This document shows, piece by piece, positions 47,875 through 59,508 of a stretch of DNA of 64,000 nt. This DNA is from Squalus acanthias (taxonomy: Eukaryota), in contig CM059433.1 in the NCBI GenBank assembly GCA_030390025.1, positions 9,798,001 through 9,862,000 on the forward strand, read 5' to 3'. Both the position numbers and the translations under genes were made by a program. Below the pieces are notes generated by a model. That model did no database searches. It saw only the letters and a list, made by a program, of their open reading frames with translations, and was not told where the DNA came from. How positions within the stretch are numbered: position 1 is the first letter of the stretch; each line of letters opens with the position of its first letter.

Positions 47875-48745
47875 TGGGGGACTGCCCTCACTGGTTCCCA
47901 TCTTATCTATCTGATTGTACCCAGAGCATCTCCAACAATGGCTTCTTTTCCTGCCCCCACAGTGTTACCTAGGGTGTTCCCTCAAGGACCCATCCTTGGC
48001 CCCCCTCCTCTTCCTCGTCGACATGCTGCCCCTTGGGAGACATTACCCACAGGCATGGGATCAGGTTCCACATGTACACCGATGACATTCAGCTCAGTCT
48101 CTTCATCACCTGTCTTAACAATCAGGAATTCAGGAGAAATTTCTTTACTCAGAGAGTGGTGAGAATGTGGAACTTGCTACCCCACGGAGTCGTTGAAGTG
48201 AGCAGCATAGATGCATTTAATGGGAAGCTAGATAAGTACATGAGGGAGAAAGGAATTGAAAGTGTTGCTGATACGGTTAGATGAAGTATGGTGGGAGGAG
48301 GCTCGTGTGGAGCATAAACACCGGCATAGATCAGTTGGGCCGAATGGCCTGTTTCTGTGCTGTAATTCGATGTAACCCCTCCAATACAATTTCCAGTTAA
48401 ACATTGGAAAGACCAAAGCCATCGTCTTCGGCCCCCAACACAAACTCCACGCCCTGGCCTTCGATTCCATCTCCTTCACCGGCCACTGTCTCATGTTGAA
48501 CGAGACTGTTTGCAACCTTGGCATCCAGAGCTGAGCTTCCGACCCAATATGCTCTTCATCACAAAGACCACCTATTTCCATCTCCATAACATCACTGACT
48601 CTGCCTCTGCCTCAGCCCAACTGCTGCTGAAACCCTCACCCATGCCTTTGTCACCTTCAGAGTCAGACTACAATGCTCTCCTGGATGGCAATCCATCCTC
48701 CACCCTCCATATACTTCAGGTCATCTACAATTCTGCTACACATAT
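47875..48745 (+). mobile_element. Old L2 RT fragment with a nested CR1 3' end (~48118-48375)
   Basis: VFPQGPILGP and FHMYTDDIQL, then RNFFTQRVVRMWNLLP + CR1 3'UTR, then L2 resumes (LNIGKTKAIVFG). Confidence 0.75.
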
Positions 48746-50429
48746 CTGAATGCACAAAGCATTTGCAACAAAATAGATGAATTAATAGCACAGTTAGACA
48801 TTGTTTGATCTTATAGCCATTACGGAGATGTGGTTGCAGAATGACCAAGACTGGGAACTAAATATTCCAGGATACTTGACATTTAGAAGAGGTAGGCAAA
48901 ATGGAAAAGGAGGCAGGGGGTAGCCCTGATAATAAGCAATGGGATAAAGACAGTAGAGAGAAAGGATTTTAGCTTGGAAAATGAAGATGTAGAATCACTT
49001 TGGGCGGAGCTTAGAAACAACAAGGGGCAGAAAACATCGGTGGGAGTTTATAGGCTCCCTAATAATAGTAGTAGTGTCAGACACAGAATAAATCAGAAAA
49101 TTAGAGGTGCATGCAACAAGGGTAATACAATAATTATGGGGGACTTTAATTTTCATATAGATTGGGCAAACCAAATTTGCAGTTATAATGTGAAGGATGA
49201 GTTTATGGAACGCAGTCAAGATAGTTTTCTAGATCAGTATGTCAAGGAACCAACTAGGGAACATACTATTTTAGATCTAGTATTGTACAATAAAGCAGGG
49301 TTAATTAATAACCTTGTAGTAAAGGAGCCTGTGGGGAATAGTGATCATAATATGATAGAATTTTATATTGAGTTTGAGAGTGATTTAGTTAAGTCTGCAA
49401 CTAGGGTATTAAATCTGAACAAAGCAAACTACGTAGGTATGAGGGGCGAGTTGGCTAAGGTAGATTGGGAAACTACATTAAAAGATATGACAGTAGATAA
49501 GCAAAGCAAACATTTAAAGAAGTAATTCATAATTCGCAGCAAATATACATTCCTTTAAGGAATAAAAACCCCACAGGAAAAATGGTCCAACTGTGGCTAA
49601 CAAAAGAAGTTAAAGATAATATTAGATGAATGGAAGAGGCTTATAATGTTACCAAAAAGAGTATTAAGCCTGAGGATTGGGATGATTTTAGAATTCAGCA
49701 GAGGATGACCTAGAAATTGATAAAGTGAGAGAAAATAGAATGAGAGTAAACTAGCGAGAGACATAAAACAGATTCTAAAAGCTTCTATAGCTATGTAAAT
49801 AGGAAGAGATTAGCGAAAGTAAATGTGGGTCCATTACAGGCAGAGACAGGAGAAATTATAATGGGGAATAATGAAATGGCAGAGACATTGAACACATACT
49901 TTGTATCTGTCTTCACAGTAGAAGTTACAAAAAACATTCCAGAAATAGTGAGGAACCAAGGGTCTACTGAGAATGAGGAACTTAAAGAAATTAGTATCAG
50001 TAAAGAAATAGTACAGGTGAAATTAATGGGACTAAAAGCCAACAAATCCCCTGGACCTGATTGCCTACATCCTAAGGTTTTTAAAGAGGTGGCTACAGAG
50101 ATAGTGGATGCATTGGTTGTGATCTTCCAGTATTCAATAGATTCTAGAATGGTCCCCACAGATTGGAAGGTAGCAAATGTAACTCAGCTATTCAAGAAAG
50201 GAGTGAGAGAGAAAACAGAGAACTATAGACCAGTTAGCCAGACATCAGTAGTAGGGAAAATTCTAGAATCTATTATTAGGGATGTGATAACAGGGCACTT
50301 AGAAAATCATAATATGATTGGGCAGAGTCAACACGGATTTATGAAAGGGAAAACGTATTTGACAAATCTGATAGAGTTTTTTGAGGTTGTAATTAGTAGG
50401 GTAGATAAGGGGGAACCAGTGGATGTAGT

Positions 50430-50644
50430 AGCAAAATACTGCGGATGCTGGAAAACTGAAATAACAACAGAAAGCGTAGGAAAAACACAGCAGGCCAGGC
50501 AACATCCGTGGAGAGAGAAACAGAGTTAACGTTTCAGGTCGAAGTTCTGACGAAGGGTCTTCGACCTGAAACGTTAACTCTGTTTCTCTCGCCACGGATG
50601 CTGCCTGGCCTGCTGAGTTTTTCCAGCGCTTTCTGTTGTTATTT
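50430..50644. mobile_element. Palindromic Penelope-like insertion in the CR1 RT
   Basis: TSD CAGTGGATGTAGT at 50417-50429 and 50645-50657. Arms ~50456-50544 and ~50559-50647 are reverse complements. Sequence matches 54557-54689. Confidence 0.88.
50543..50579 (+). ncRNA. Minimal type I hammerhead ribozyme motif
   Basis: AGTT-CTGACGA-A-GGGTC(TTC)GACCT-GAAA-CGTT^AACT, with a GUU triplet and palindromic ACGT stem III. Confidence 0.75.
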
Positions 50645-51987
50645 CAGTGGATGTAGTCTATTTGGATTTTCAAAAGGCATTCGATATAGTGCCACACAAG
50701 AGGTTATTACACAAAATTAGGGCTCATGGATTGAGGATTGGTTAACGGACTGAAAACAGAGAGTAGGAATAAACGGGTCATTTTCAGGTTGGCAGGCTGT
50801 AACTAGTGGGGTACCGCAAGGATCATTGCTTGGGCCTCAGCTATTTACAATCTACATCAATGACTTAGATGAGGGAACTGAGTGTAATGCATACAAGTTT
50901 GCTGATGATACAAAGTTAGGTGGGAAATTAAGTTGTTAGGAGGACGCAAAGAGGCTGCAAAAGGATACAGACAGGTTAAGTGGGCAAGAACATGGCAGAT
51001 GGAATATAATGTGGAGAAATGTGAAGTTATCTACTTTGGTAGGAAAAATAGAAAAGGGGAATATTTTTTAAATGGTGAGAACTATTGAATGTTCAGAGAG
51101 ATTAAGATGTCTTCTTACAGGAAACACAGAAAGATAACATGCAGGTACGGCAAGCAATTAGGAAAGCAAATGGTATGTTAGCCTTTATTACAAAAGGATT
51201 GGAGTATAAGAGTAAAGAATTCTTACTGCAATTATATAGGCCCTTGGTGAGACCACATCTGGAGTACTGTGTACAGTTTTGGTCTCCTTACCTAAGGAAG
51301 GATATACTTGCATTAAAGGGAGTGCAACAAATTCACCAGACTGAATCCTGGGATGGGGGGATTGCCCTATGAGGAGAGATTGAGTAGACTAGGCCTATAT
51401 TCCCTAAAGTTTGGAAGAATGAGAGGTGATCTCGTTGAAACATATAAAATTCTTACAGGGCTTGACAGGGTAGATGCAGGGAGGATGTTTCCCCTGGCTG
51501 GGCAGTCTAGAACCAGGGGTCACAGTCTCAGAATAAGGGGTCAACCATTTAGGACTGAGATGAGGAGAAATTTCTTCACTCAAAGGGTCAAAGGGTTGTG
51601 AATCTTTGGAATTCTCTACCCTAGAGGGCTGTGGATGCTCAGTTGTTGCATATATTCAAGACAGAGATCGATAGATTTTTGGATATTAAGGGAATCAAGG
51701 GATATGGGGATAGTGCAGGAAAGTGGAGATAAGGTAGAAGATCAGCCATGATCTTATTGAATGGCGGAGCAGGCTCGAAGGGCCAAATGCCTACTCCTGC
51801 TCCTATTTCTTATGTTCTTAATATAATGTGCAGCTGGTTACTGAAACAGAAACTGCTCAGATAACACATATTTATTCATTATATCGGAACAGCACACCCT
51901 CAGTTCAGTGATCAGCAATGAACTGATGACAATGATATATTTTCAGGTTATACCAATTCAAGTCATTGTTGATTGATGACTCTAGTT

Positions 51988-52532
51988 TCATAGAATTTCA
52001 TAGAATCTTCCAGCAGAGAAGGAGGACATTCGGCCCATTGTACCTGTGCCGGCTCTTTGAAAGAGCTCTCCAATTCGTCCCACTCCCCTACTCTTTCCCC
52101 ATAGTCCTGCAATTTTTACCTTTTCAAGTATATAACCAATTCCCTTTTGAAAGTTACTACTGAATCTGCTTCCACTGCCCTTTCAGGCAGCGCGTTCCAG
52201 ATCACAACAACTCGCTGCGTAAAAAAAATTCTACTCGTCTTCCCTCTGGTTCTTTTGCCAATTACCTTAAATCTGTGTCCTCTGGTTACCGACCCTTCTG
52301 CCACATGAATCAGTTTCTCCTTATTTACTTTATTAATACTTCATGACTTTGAACAACTCCATGAAATCTCCTCTTAAACTTCTCTGCTTTAAGGAGAACA
52401 ACCCCAGTGTCTTTAGTCTCTCCACATAACTGAAGTCCCTCATCCCTGGAACCATTCTAGTAAATCTCTTCTGCACCCTCTCTAAGGCCTTGACATCCTT
52501 CCTAAAGTGTGACGCCCAGAATTGGACATAAT
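51988..52532 (-). mobile_element. CR1 LINE 3' fragment
   Basis: YVQFWASHFRKDVKALERVQKRFTRM and TRGHRFKVIG...WNALP. Same subfamily as 6072-7140. Confidence 0.88.
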
Positions 52533-52659
52533 TTGGTTCCAAACTGCCCATGACTTTCTAACTAAATGTGAGATGGACTTGCAAAATTACCCATAATACC
52601 TTTGTAATTATGATATTTTGCCGAACGGTGAATAACCACAATAGCGCCGACGATCTTTT

Positions 52660-53480
52660 TTAAAATTCATTTATGGGATGTGGGCGTCGCTGGCAAGGCC
52701 AGCATTTATTGCCCATCCCTAATTGCCCTTGAGAAGGTGGTGGTGAGCCGCCTTCTTGAACCGCTGCAGTCTGTGCGGTGAAGGTACTCCCACAGTGCTG
52801 TTAGGGAAGGAGATCCAGGATTTTGACCCAGCGACGATGAAAGATCGGCGATATACTTCTAAGTCAGGATGGTGTGTGACTTGGAGGGGAATTTGGAGGT
52901 GGTGGTGTTCCCATGCACCTGCTGCCCTTGTCCTTCTAGGTGGAAGAGGTCGCGGGTTTGGGAGGTGCTGCCGAAGAAGCCTTGGCGAGTTGCTGCAGTG
53001 CATCTTGTAGATGGTACACACTGCAGCCACGGTACGCCGGTGGTGGAGGGAGTGAATGTTTAAGGTGGTGGGTGGGGTGCCAATCAAGCGGGCTGCTTTG
53101 TCTTGGATGGTGTTGAGCTTCTTGAGTGTTGTTGGAGCTGCACTAATCCAGGCAAGTGGAGAGTATTCCATCACACTCCTTACTTGTGCCTTGTAGATGG
53201 TGGAAAGGCTTTGGGGAGTCAGGAGGTGAGAAACTCGTGGCAGAATACCCAGCCTCTGACCTGCTCTTGTTGCCAAAGTATTTATGTGGCTGGTCCAGTT
53301 AAGTTTCTGGTCAATGGTGACCCCCAGGATGTTGATGGTGGGGGATTCGGCGATGGTAATGCTGTTGAAAGTCATGGGGAGGTGGTTAGACTCTCACTTG
53401 TTGGAGATAGTCATTGCCTGGCACTTGTGTGGCGCGAATGTTACCTGCCACTTATCAGCCCAAGCCTGAACATCGTCCAG
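52660..53480 (-). mobile_element. Jockey-group LINE (CR1/Zenon-like) 3' end
   Basis: ORF 52719-53375 ILGVTIDQKLNWTSHI...IYKAQVRSVMEYS...SLHHRR...FKKAAHHHLLKGN*, followed by a short 3'UTR with AATAAA. Confidence 0.82.
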
Positions 53481-54181
53481 GTCTACTGTTGCTGGTTTTG
53501 AATTTTGAGTGAAACTCTACCACACCCAGATCCAGTTAATTCCATTGGTACAAAGATACCTTTTATAGTGCTGGATATTTTTTTTGCTTACATCATGTCC
53601 AGCAAAAAAGGTAGTCTCAGCTGGTGTGTTTGTTGTGAAGGGAAAGCCTGGTTGCCTACTTGCTTTACATACAGTTCAAACATTACAACTCAATAGTCTA
53701 CCTTCAACAGTATGTAGCATCAATATATCAACGTCAAGAGATGCTTTTTTCACAGTTAATTCTTTCAAGTATTTGATTGTGTAGATAAGCTGAAGGGCAT
53801 GCAGTTCAAACCTGTATATTGACAAGTCTGTTATTCCGGTTGCTTTGCGTCTTTGCAAGATACCATGTACTCTAGAGAAAAAAGTTGAGGCAAAGCAAAG
53901 ATCTGGAGGATAGTGGTGTAACTGAAGGTGCAGATGGACCTCTATCTCAGGCTCACCTTCAGTCGGTCTCACCTTGAGTAGTTTTCTCCAAACCCAAGAA
54001 TGCTGAAGATTTATGCATTTCTGTTGATCTATGACCAGCAAACAAAGCAATTAAGAATGAACAACATGCTACTTCAACCTTGGGTGATATTATTGCAGCG
54101 GTAACCAGATCATGTGTTTTCTTAAAGCTGGATCAGAAATCTCAGTGTCCCCTGCCAGATGAGAAGAGCTGTGTTACAACA

Positions 54182-54689
54182 GCACCTCATCTTTCGATTA
54201 GGCACTTTACAGCCTTCTGGACTCAATATAGAGTTCAACAATTTCAGATCATAACCTCGGCCCCTATCATATATATATTTTTCATTCACACTTTTTGTCT
54301 GTGTCTTTTTTTCTTCTCTCCCACATGGCAGCTGTCTTTCATTCTCCCAACGCAATTCACACTTCATCTAGAGCCATCCTTTGTTTCTTAACCTGTCCTA
54401 TTACCATCTCCTTTTGCCTTGAGTATCTCTTAATGTCTCTTAACCTCTCCTGCCTTCTATCCTATCACAGACCTTCCCTTTTGTTCTTTCATCCCCTCCC
54501 CCCTTTCCCAGCCCCTGCCCTTGCTTAAAAATCTCTTCCATTTCCTGCTTTTTTCCAGTTCTGACGAAAGGTCATCGACCTGAAACGTCAACTCTGTGTC
54601 TCTCTTCACAGATGCTGCCTGGCCTGCTGAGTATCTCCAGCATTTTCTGTTTTTATTTCAGATTTCCAGCATCTGCAGCATTTTCTTTT
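54182..54689 (+). mobile_element. Penelope-like element 3' end (GIY-YIG endonuclease C-terminus + terminal repeat)
   Basis: HLIFRLGTLQPSGLNIEFNNFRS* (to 54254), a pyrimidine-rich UTR and a hammerhead motif. 12-bp TSD TGTGTTACAACA at 54170-54181 and 54690-54701. Confidence 0.88.
54557..54593 (+). ncRNA. Minimal type I hammerhead ribozyme motif
   Basis: AGTT-CTGACGA-A-AGGTC(ATC)GACCT-GAAA-CGTC^AACT, with a canonical GUC triplet. Confidence 0.8.
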
Positions 54690-54976
54690 TGTGTTACAAC
54701 ATACATTGATTGGGCAGACGCAATTCAAAAGGTTAATTTTCAGTGTATCTTCAGCAGCAGAGGTATTTCAGTATACCATCTGACAAATTATTGAAGGAAT
54801 TCCAGGCATCTTAAATGCAATGAAGATATTCTAATACAAGCACCCAGCCTGCACAACATAATGCGCTCCTTCACAGCATTCTTCGCAGGCTACAGGAATA
54901 CCACTCGTCACTATGTCCAGCCGTATGCTCACGCAAGCGAAAGCACAATTTTGGTAAGGGCCGCCTGGAATACTTT

Positions 54977-55872
54977 GGGGGAAAAATTAAGTTGGTTGCG
55001 CCTCCCGTTAGCGCCTTAAGAGGGCGCTAATGGAGCGCAAAGCAACTAGCGCCCGGGCGCGGCGATGTTTGCGCTGCTCGCGAAATTAACTAGACATTTT
55101 GCAGCAGCACTAAACACTACCGCCACGATCTCCTGCGCCGGCAGATCGTGATGTCAGTCGAGTGCGCAACGCCCCGGTAGCGCCCCAGGAGCGGATATTG
55201 AGTGGCGCCCCCTGCCTTACCGCCTGCCGCTAGCAACGACAGGTTGAGGGAAGCGTTTTGCAGTCAGGAAGGGACTGGGGGAGCGCTATTTAAAGGCGAC
55301 CGCTTCCTGCCTTTTTTTGTTGGTGACATTTTTGAACCACGCATTCTGAGAGAGAGAGAGAGAGAGACTTCTGGAGAGATTCAAAGCTGTGTGAAGGAGT
55401 TTTGGGTACTGAGCAGCACTTTGCAGGTTCATTCTGATTTGTCCTTCCTTGTATCGATTTAGAACAGACTGTGGGGGCTGCACTCTGAGCTCTTTCCCTG
55501 GTTCTCTCCATTGTTCTTTCCAGCAGATTTGATGTACAGGTCTCTCCAGGCCGAGATTCAAGGCTGCAATGAGCAGGAAGTGGATGGAAAGCAAGATCAA
55601 CCCTCCCCTTTAAGAACTGGCCGGCGCCATTGTGTCTGTGTTCCATTGCTGACTGACATCACATGAGCTTCGCCAGCGCTCTGAGTTAGCGCCTCGCTCC
55701 TCGGCCTTTGCGCCTTAAGACAGATGTGTAGCGCCTGATTTAGCGCTCCAATCACCTCCAGGGGCGATAAAAGTCAAGTTTGCAGTCGGAGGCGATAATT
55801 AGCGCCAGGCGCTAATCTTTGTGTCCGGCCGATAATTGCGCCCCAAACGGGGCGATACTGAATTTCTCCCCC
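54977..55872 (+). mobile_element. Family A non-autonomous MITE (896 bp)
   Basis: TIR GGGGGAAAAATT / AATTTCTCCCCC. TTT TSD at 54974-54976 and 55873-55875. Same internal junction as 35620-36512. Confidence 0.93.
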
Positions 55873-57933
55873 TTTATCTGCACAAAGCAGGAAATGTCAC
55901 CAAACCCCAGGAAGGTCGGTACAATTCACAATACCGCAGCCCCAAGTAATGCGTCAGAAGTCGGCAGTCTCCTAGGCATGTTTACTTCCTGTTCCTGTTT
56001 TATTCCAAATTCGCCGACAGTTGTGGAGGCATTGTGAGAAACCGCAACTAAAGGTAACGATTGCAAATGGGAAGACAAGCATGATAATGCCTTACTTTGC
56101 AGCACCATGGTCGGTCATTGTTTTCGCACTAACAGCTCATTGGAGATCTATGTTGATGCCAGTCCGGTGAGCGTAGTAGCATCCTGATGCGGAAAGGTGA
56201 TCTTGGTGCAACCACACCCGTCATCTATTTCAGCCATTCAAAAAATAAAATTGGCCAGCTCATATTTGCATTTTTTGCACGAAGCATTTTACACGTCTCT
56301 GATGAAACCTGTCACTAGCAGGAGAGTAGCATAACTGTTGGAATGGGGAGGAGAGTCGGAACTGGAAAAAGTAACTCAAAAATATCTCGCGAAACAGCAA
56401 AAACATGAAAAATTGGGTTGCAAATTGCCAGCCTGAAATGGACGCGAAGAACATCAGGGACAAACAGAATTCTCCCTTTCTCTCCCCTGACAGGCTACCC
56501 GCAAGAACAAGAAGCTGCGTTGTGCAATATTAGTAATGAACGGGTTAATGTTCTTGTGTGAAATTGCTTTGTCCGCTGTTTTTAAACAGATTAACCCCCT
56601 TGGTGAAATCGCAGGCGGCGGAATTATGGACGAACGCATTAACACATTCTTCAACAATATCGCACAGTGCAAAATCTTACTCCGTATAAGTGAACTGCTT
56701 TCCTCCAATACAGGCACTTGTCCATATTCATTTTTTGGAGGGCGAGTAAACCATACTGCTCAGAGTAATTGGCTCTCGAGTTTATACCATGCAATGATAA
56801 TTAGCAATTTATTGCTTGGTGCAAAAAGGAAAAAGAAAATGGACATTTCAACCCCAGTGCTGTTGCTGCCATCCTTCTGAGCAATTTAAAAAAAAACATT
56901 TTTTTTTTAAAGAAATCAAACTAGTTCTGCTGCCACCTGCTTTGTTGCTGGAGGGCACTTTAAATGCATGCTGTGATATAATATACTACTGAACCTTAAT
57001 TACTGCATCTGGCTCAGTATAAATAATTAATTATGCAAAACCCAAGCAGCTGGCACTGAACAGACTCAACTGACTTTCAGTCAGCGTCTCTCCTGCTCTA
57101 AAGGGGATAAAGGGATTTGGGAGTTAAGCTCTTTAACTGCTGTCCCACGCTCCTGTGAGGCTTGTGTCTGCACTGAAACCACCACAGCCCTCTCCTGGTT
57201 AGGTGGCACAGTGAATGCTTTTCGAATCTCCTTGTAAACAAGAGGTCCCCAACCCCTCGAAGGGAAACAGTTCAGGAGATTACTTGCGATATTCCTTCCC
57301 AATCAATGGGAAGCCAAAAGTGGAAATTTTTAAGGGGCCGCAGAGTAAATCCTAAAAGAATGTTTCTTTCTTCCCCCGCTTGTGCTAATTCAAGTTAGAA
57401 CTCTGGGCTGAACAGCTGGGATGAATGACACTGTCTGTTCTCCCCCCCCACCCCCCGCCCCGCCTGCTCCCTGTCCCCCTCTAAAGAGTGGCCCCCCACA
57501 TGTTGGCTCTGTATTCTAAAATAGAATACAGAGACCATTCAAAAAATGTAATACATCTCCGGTACAATTTCAATTTTCAATGCAAGGGCAAGAGGTACAT
57601 AATCATGACCTGGCCCAGATAGGAATTCGGCCAATTCTCCTCTTGTGGGTTTGAAGGCGTCCTGGTAAGAATCCTTTCAGCTGCTCAATTTTAGCAACAG
57701 CGTAAGTGTGGCTTCTCAAACATTTTCCTTTTTGTGAAGATTTCCCTTGTTCGTGTGTTCCTTGGGAAATTGTCAATATGTTGCAAAAGAACGCATTTAC
57801 GATTTTTGCAAGAAATACTGAACAGAGGAAATTTTTGCGCACACGCTTATAGCTTTGCTGCACATAGTGTGTTCAAACCTGGTGATTGGCTGTTGTTAAG
57901 AATAAATGCATGGGTTAATTCTGACTGTGAAAG

Positions 57934-58365
57934 GCTTGCATTTCTATAGCACCTTTCCCAACCACTTTAGTACTCTTTGAAGTGGAGTGACTGTTGTAAT
58001 GTGGGAAACATGGCAGCCAATTTGTGCACAGCAAGGTCCCACAAACAGCAATGTGACAATGACCAGATAATCTGTTTTTGTTATGTTGATTGAGGGATAA
58101 ATATTGCCCAGCACTCCAAGGAGAACTCCCCTGCTCTTCTTTGAAATAATGCCATGGGATCTTTTACATCCACTTGAGAGAGCAGACAGCGCCTCGGTTT
58201 AAGGTCATATCCGAAAGACGGCACCTCCGACAGTGCAGTACTCCCTCAGCACTGCACTGGGAGTGTCAGCCTAGCTTTATGTGCTCAAGTCCCTGGAGTG
58301 GGACTTGAACCCACAACCTTCTGACTCAGAGGCGAGTGTGCTACCCACTGAGCCACAGCTGACAC
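57934..58365 (-). mobile_element. Deu-domain tRNA SINE, copy 3
   Basis: Reverse complement of 34469-34930. Confidence 0.88.
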
Positions 58366-58632
58366 GTTCACGTTCAGATTAGTAAGGTGCAGAGCTTGGG
58401 TTCTCTGAAACAGAACAATGAGAGGGAATTTTCCAAAGAGCGATCTTTTAGTGCTTGTGCCTAAGACGCTCGTATCAAGCTCTTGGCAGCATCATTCTGA
58501 AGCAGGCATTAATCGCTTTATTTTAAATGGATTAATGCTGCCTTAAAAATGATGGTGGCAGGAAGTTGGTGCACGCACCTTCAGCTCTCGTGCCAAAAGA
58601 TTCCGCGTGGCAAAATCGCTCATGAAGCCTTA

Positions 58633-59508
58633 GGCCGGAATTATGCCAGTCCTCAGAGTGATGGATTGGAGGCGGGACTGCTGTCAAAATCGTAAAGATT
58701 GACAGCGGGCAGGAAACCCACTGTCAACCCGCCTCCAGTCAATCTTCCCAAGTGTCGGGTCCCCGATTTGCGCATGGACCCGACACCTAGCAGCGGGAAG
58801 AGGATTATAGCCACTTACCTGCCTGTTAACAGGTACTTGATAGTTGTCAACAGGCTCTTTTTCAATTTTGCCGCTTCTGCCTCGGGCTTCCCAACGTCCG
58901 GACACCACGCCAGGTAAGTGTGGTGTGTTGTGAGTCTGCTGTAATGTTTCTGCATTGATGACAGCTGCAGAAGTGGTGTGAAGGATCCAATAGTGCACTG
59001 GTGAGTTTCAGAGGTAAGGAAATACTGGGAAATAATTTTTAATGCATTTACACTTTTCTGTGGGTAACAGGTTTTGAATTGGCTGTCTAGTCCCACCTCA
59101 TTGGGAGAACCTCTCTCACCAGCGACAGATCGCTTCTGTAACCTCACCTGCAGCTGCCATCTGTTCTAGCCTATGGAGGGAGTCACTGGAGAGCCTGGGT
59201 GCAAGAGCTCACCTGTGAACAGTCATTGTCAGTGTTTGCAGCACCTCAATGCTGTCAAACACTGAGAAATGAGCTGCCAAAGAAAAATTGTGCGTGGTCC
59301 CTTTAATAAAACCGGCGGATGACGTGTCATCAAATGACGTCATCTGACCGGCTTCCTCTTAATTGGCCGGCAAGCCCGCAGGGCGGGCTTAACAAGGCCG
59401 ATCGACGTAAAATCACGTCTGTTGGCCGGATGCAGCTGGGGGGCGGGACTGGAACCCGGAAACCAGCTGACCCGCTCCCAAGCCGCGTCCATTTGCAACA
59501 TCGCGGCC
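58633..59508. mobile_element. Harbinger-type MITE related to family D (inverted relative to 32005-32751)
   Basis: GGCCGGAATTATGC / GCAACATCGCGGCC. Exact TTA TSD at 58630-58632 and 59509-59511. Confidence 0.8.

Larger units (their letters stand above)
48745..51820 (+). mobile_element. CR1 LINE ORF2 (APE-RT, disrupted) + 3'UTR
   Basis: Colinear with 18850-21716. MGDFN, SDH, SPGPD, NYRPVS, QHGF and FADD (50898-50909). Tail CTTATGTTCTTA. Confidence 0.95.
53540..56240 (+). pseudogene. Decayed Ty3/Gypsy pol (protease linker-RT-RNase H), split by two insertions
   Basis: Motif order on +: KLKGMQFK..YIDKSVIPVALR..IP (~53785-53870); KPKN..LCISVDL*PANKAIKNEQH..TLGDII..VFLKLD (53990-54135); VSSAAEVFQ..IIEGIPGILN..EDILI (54745-54835); SPNPRKV..EVGSLLGM..FIPN (55895-56010); IYVDASPV..PVIYFS (56146-56235). 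Confidence 0.85.
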
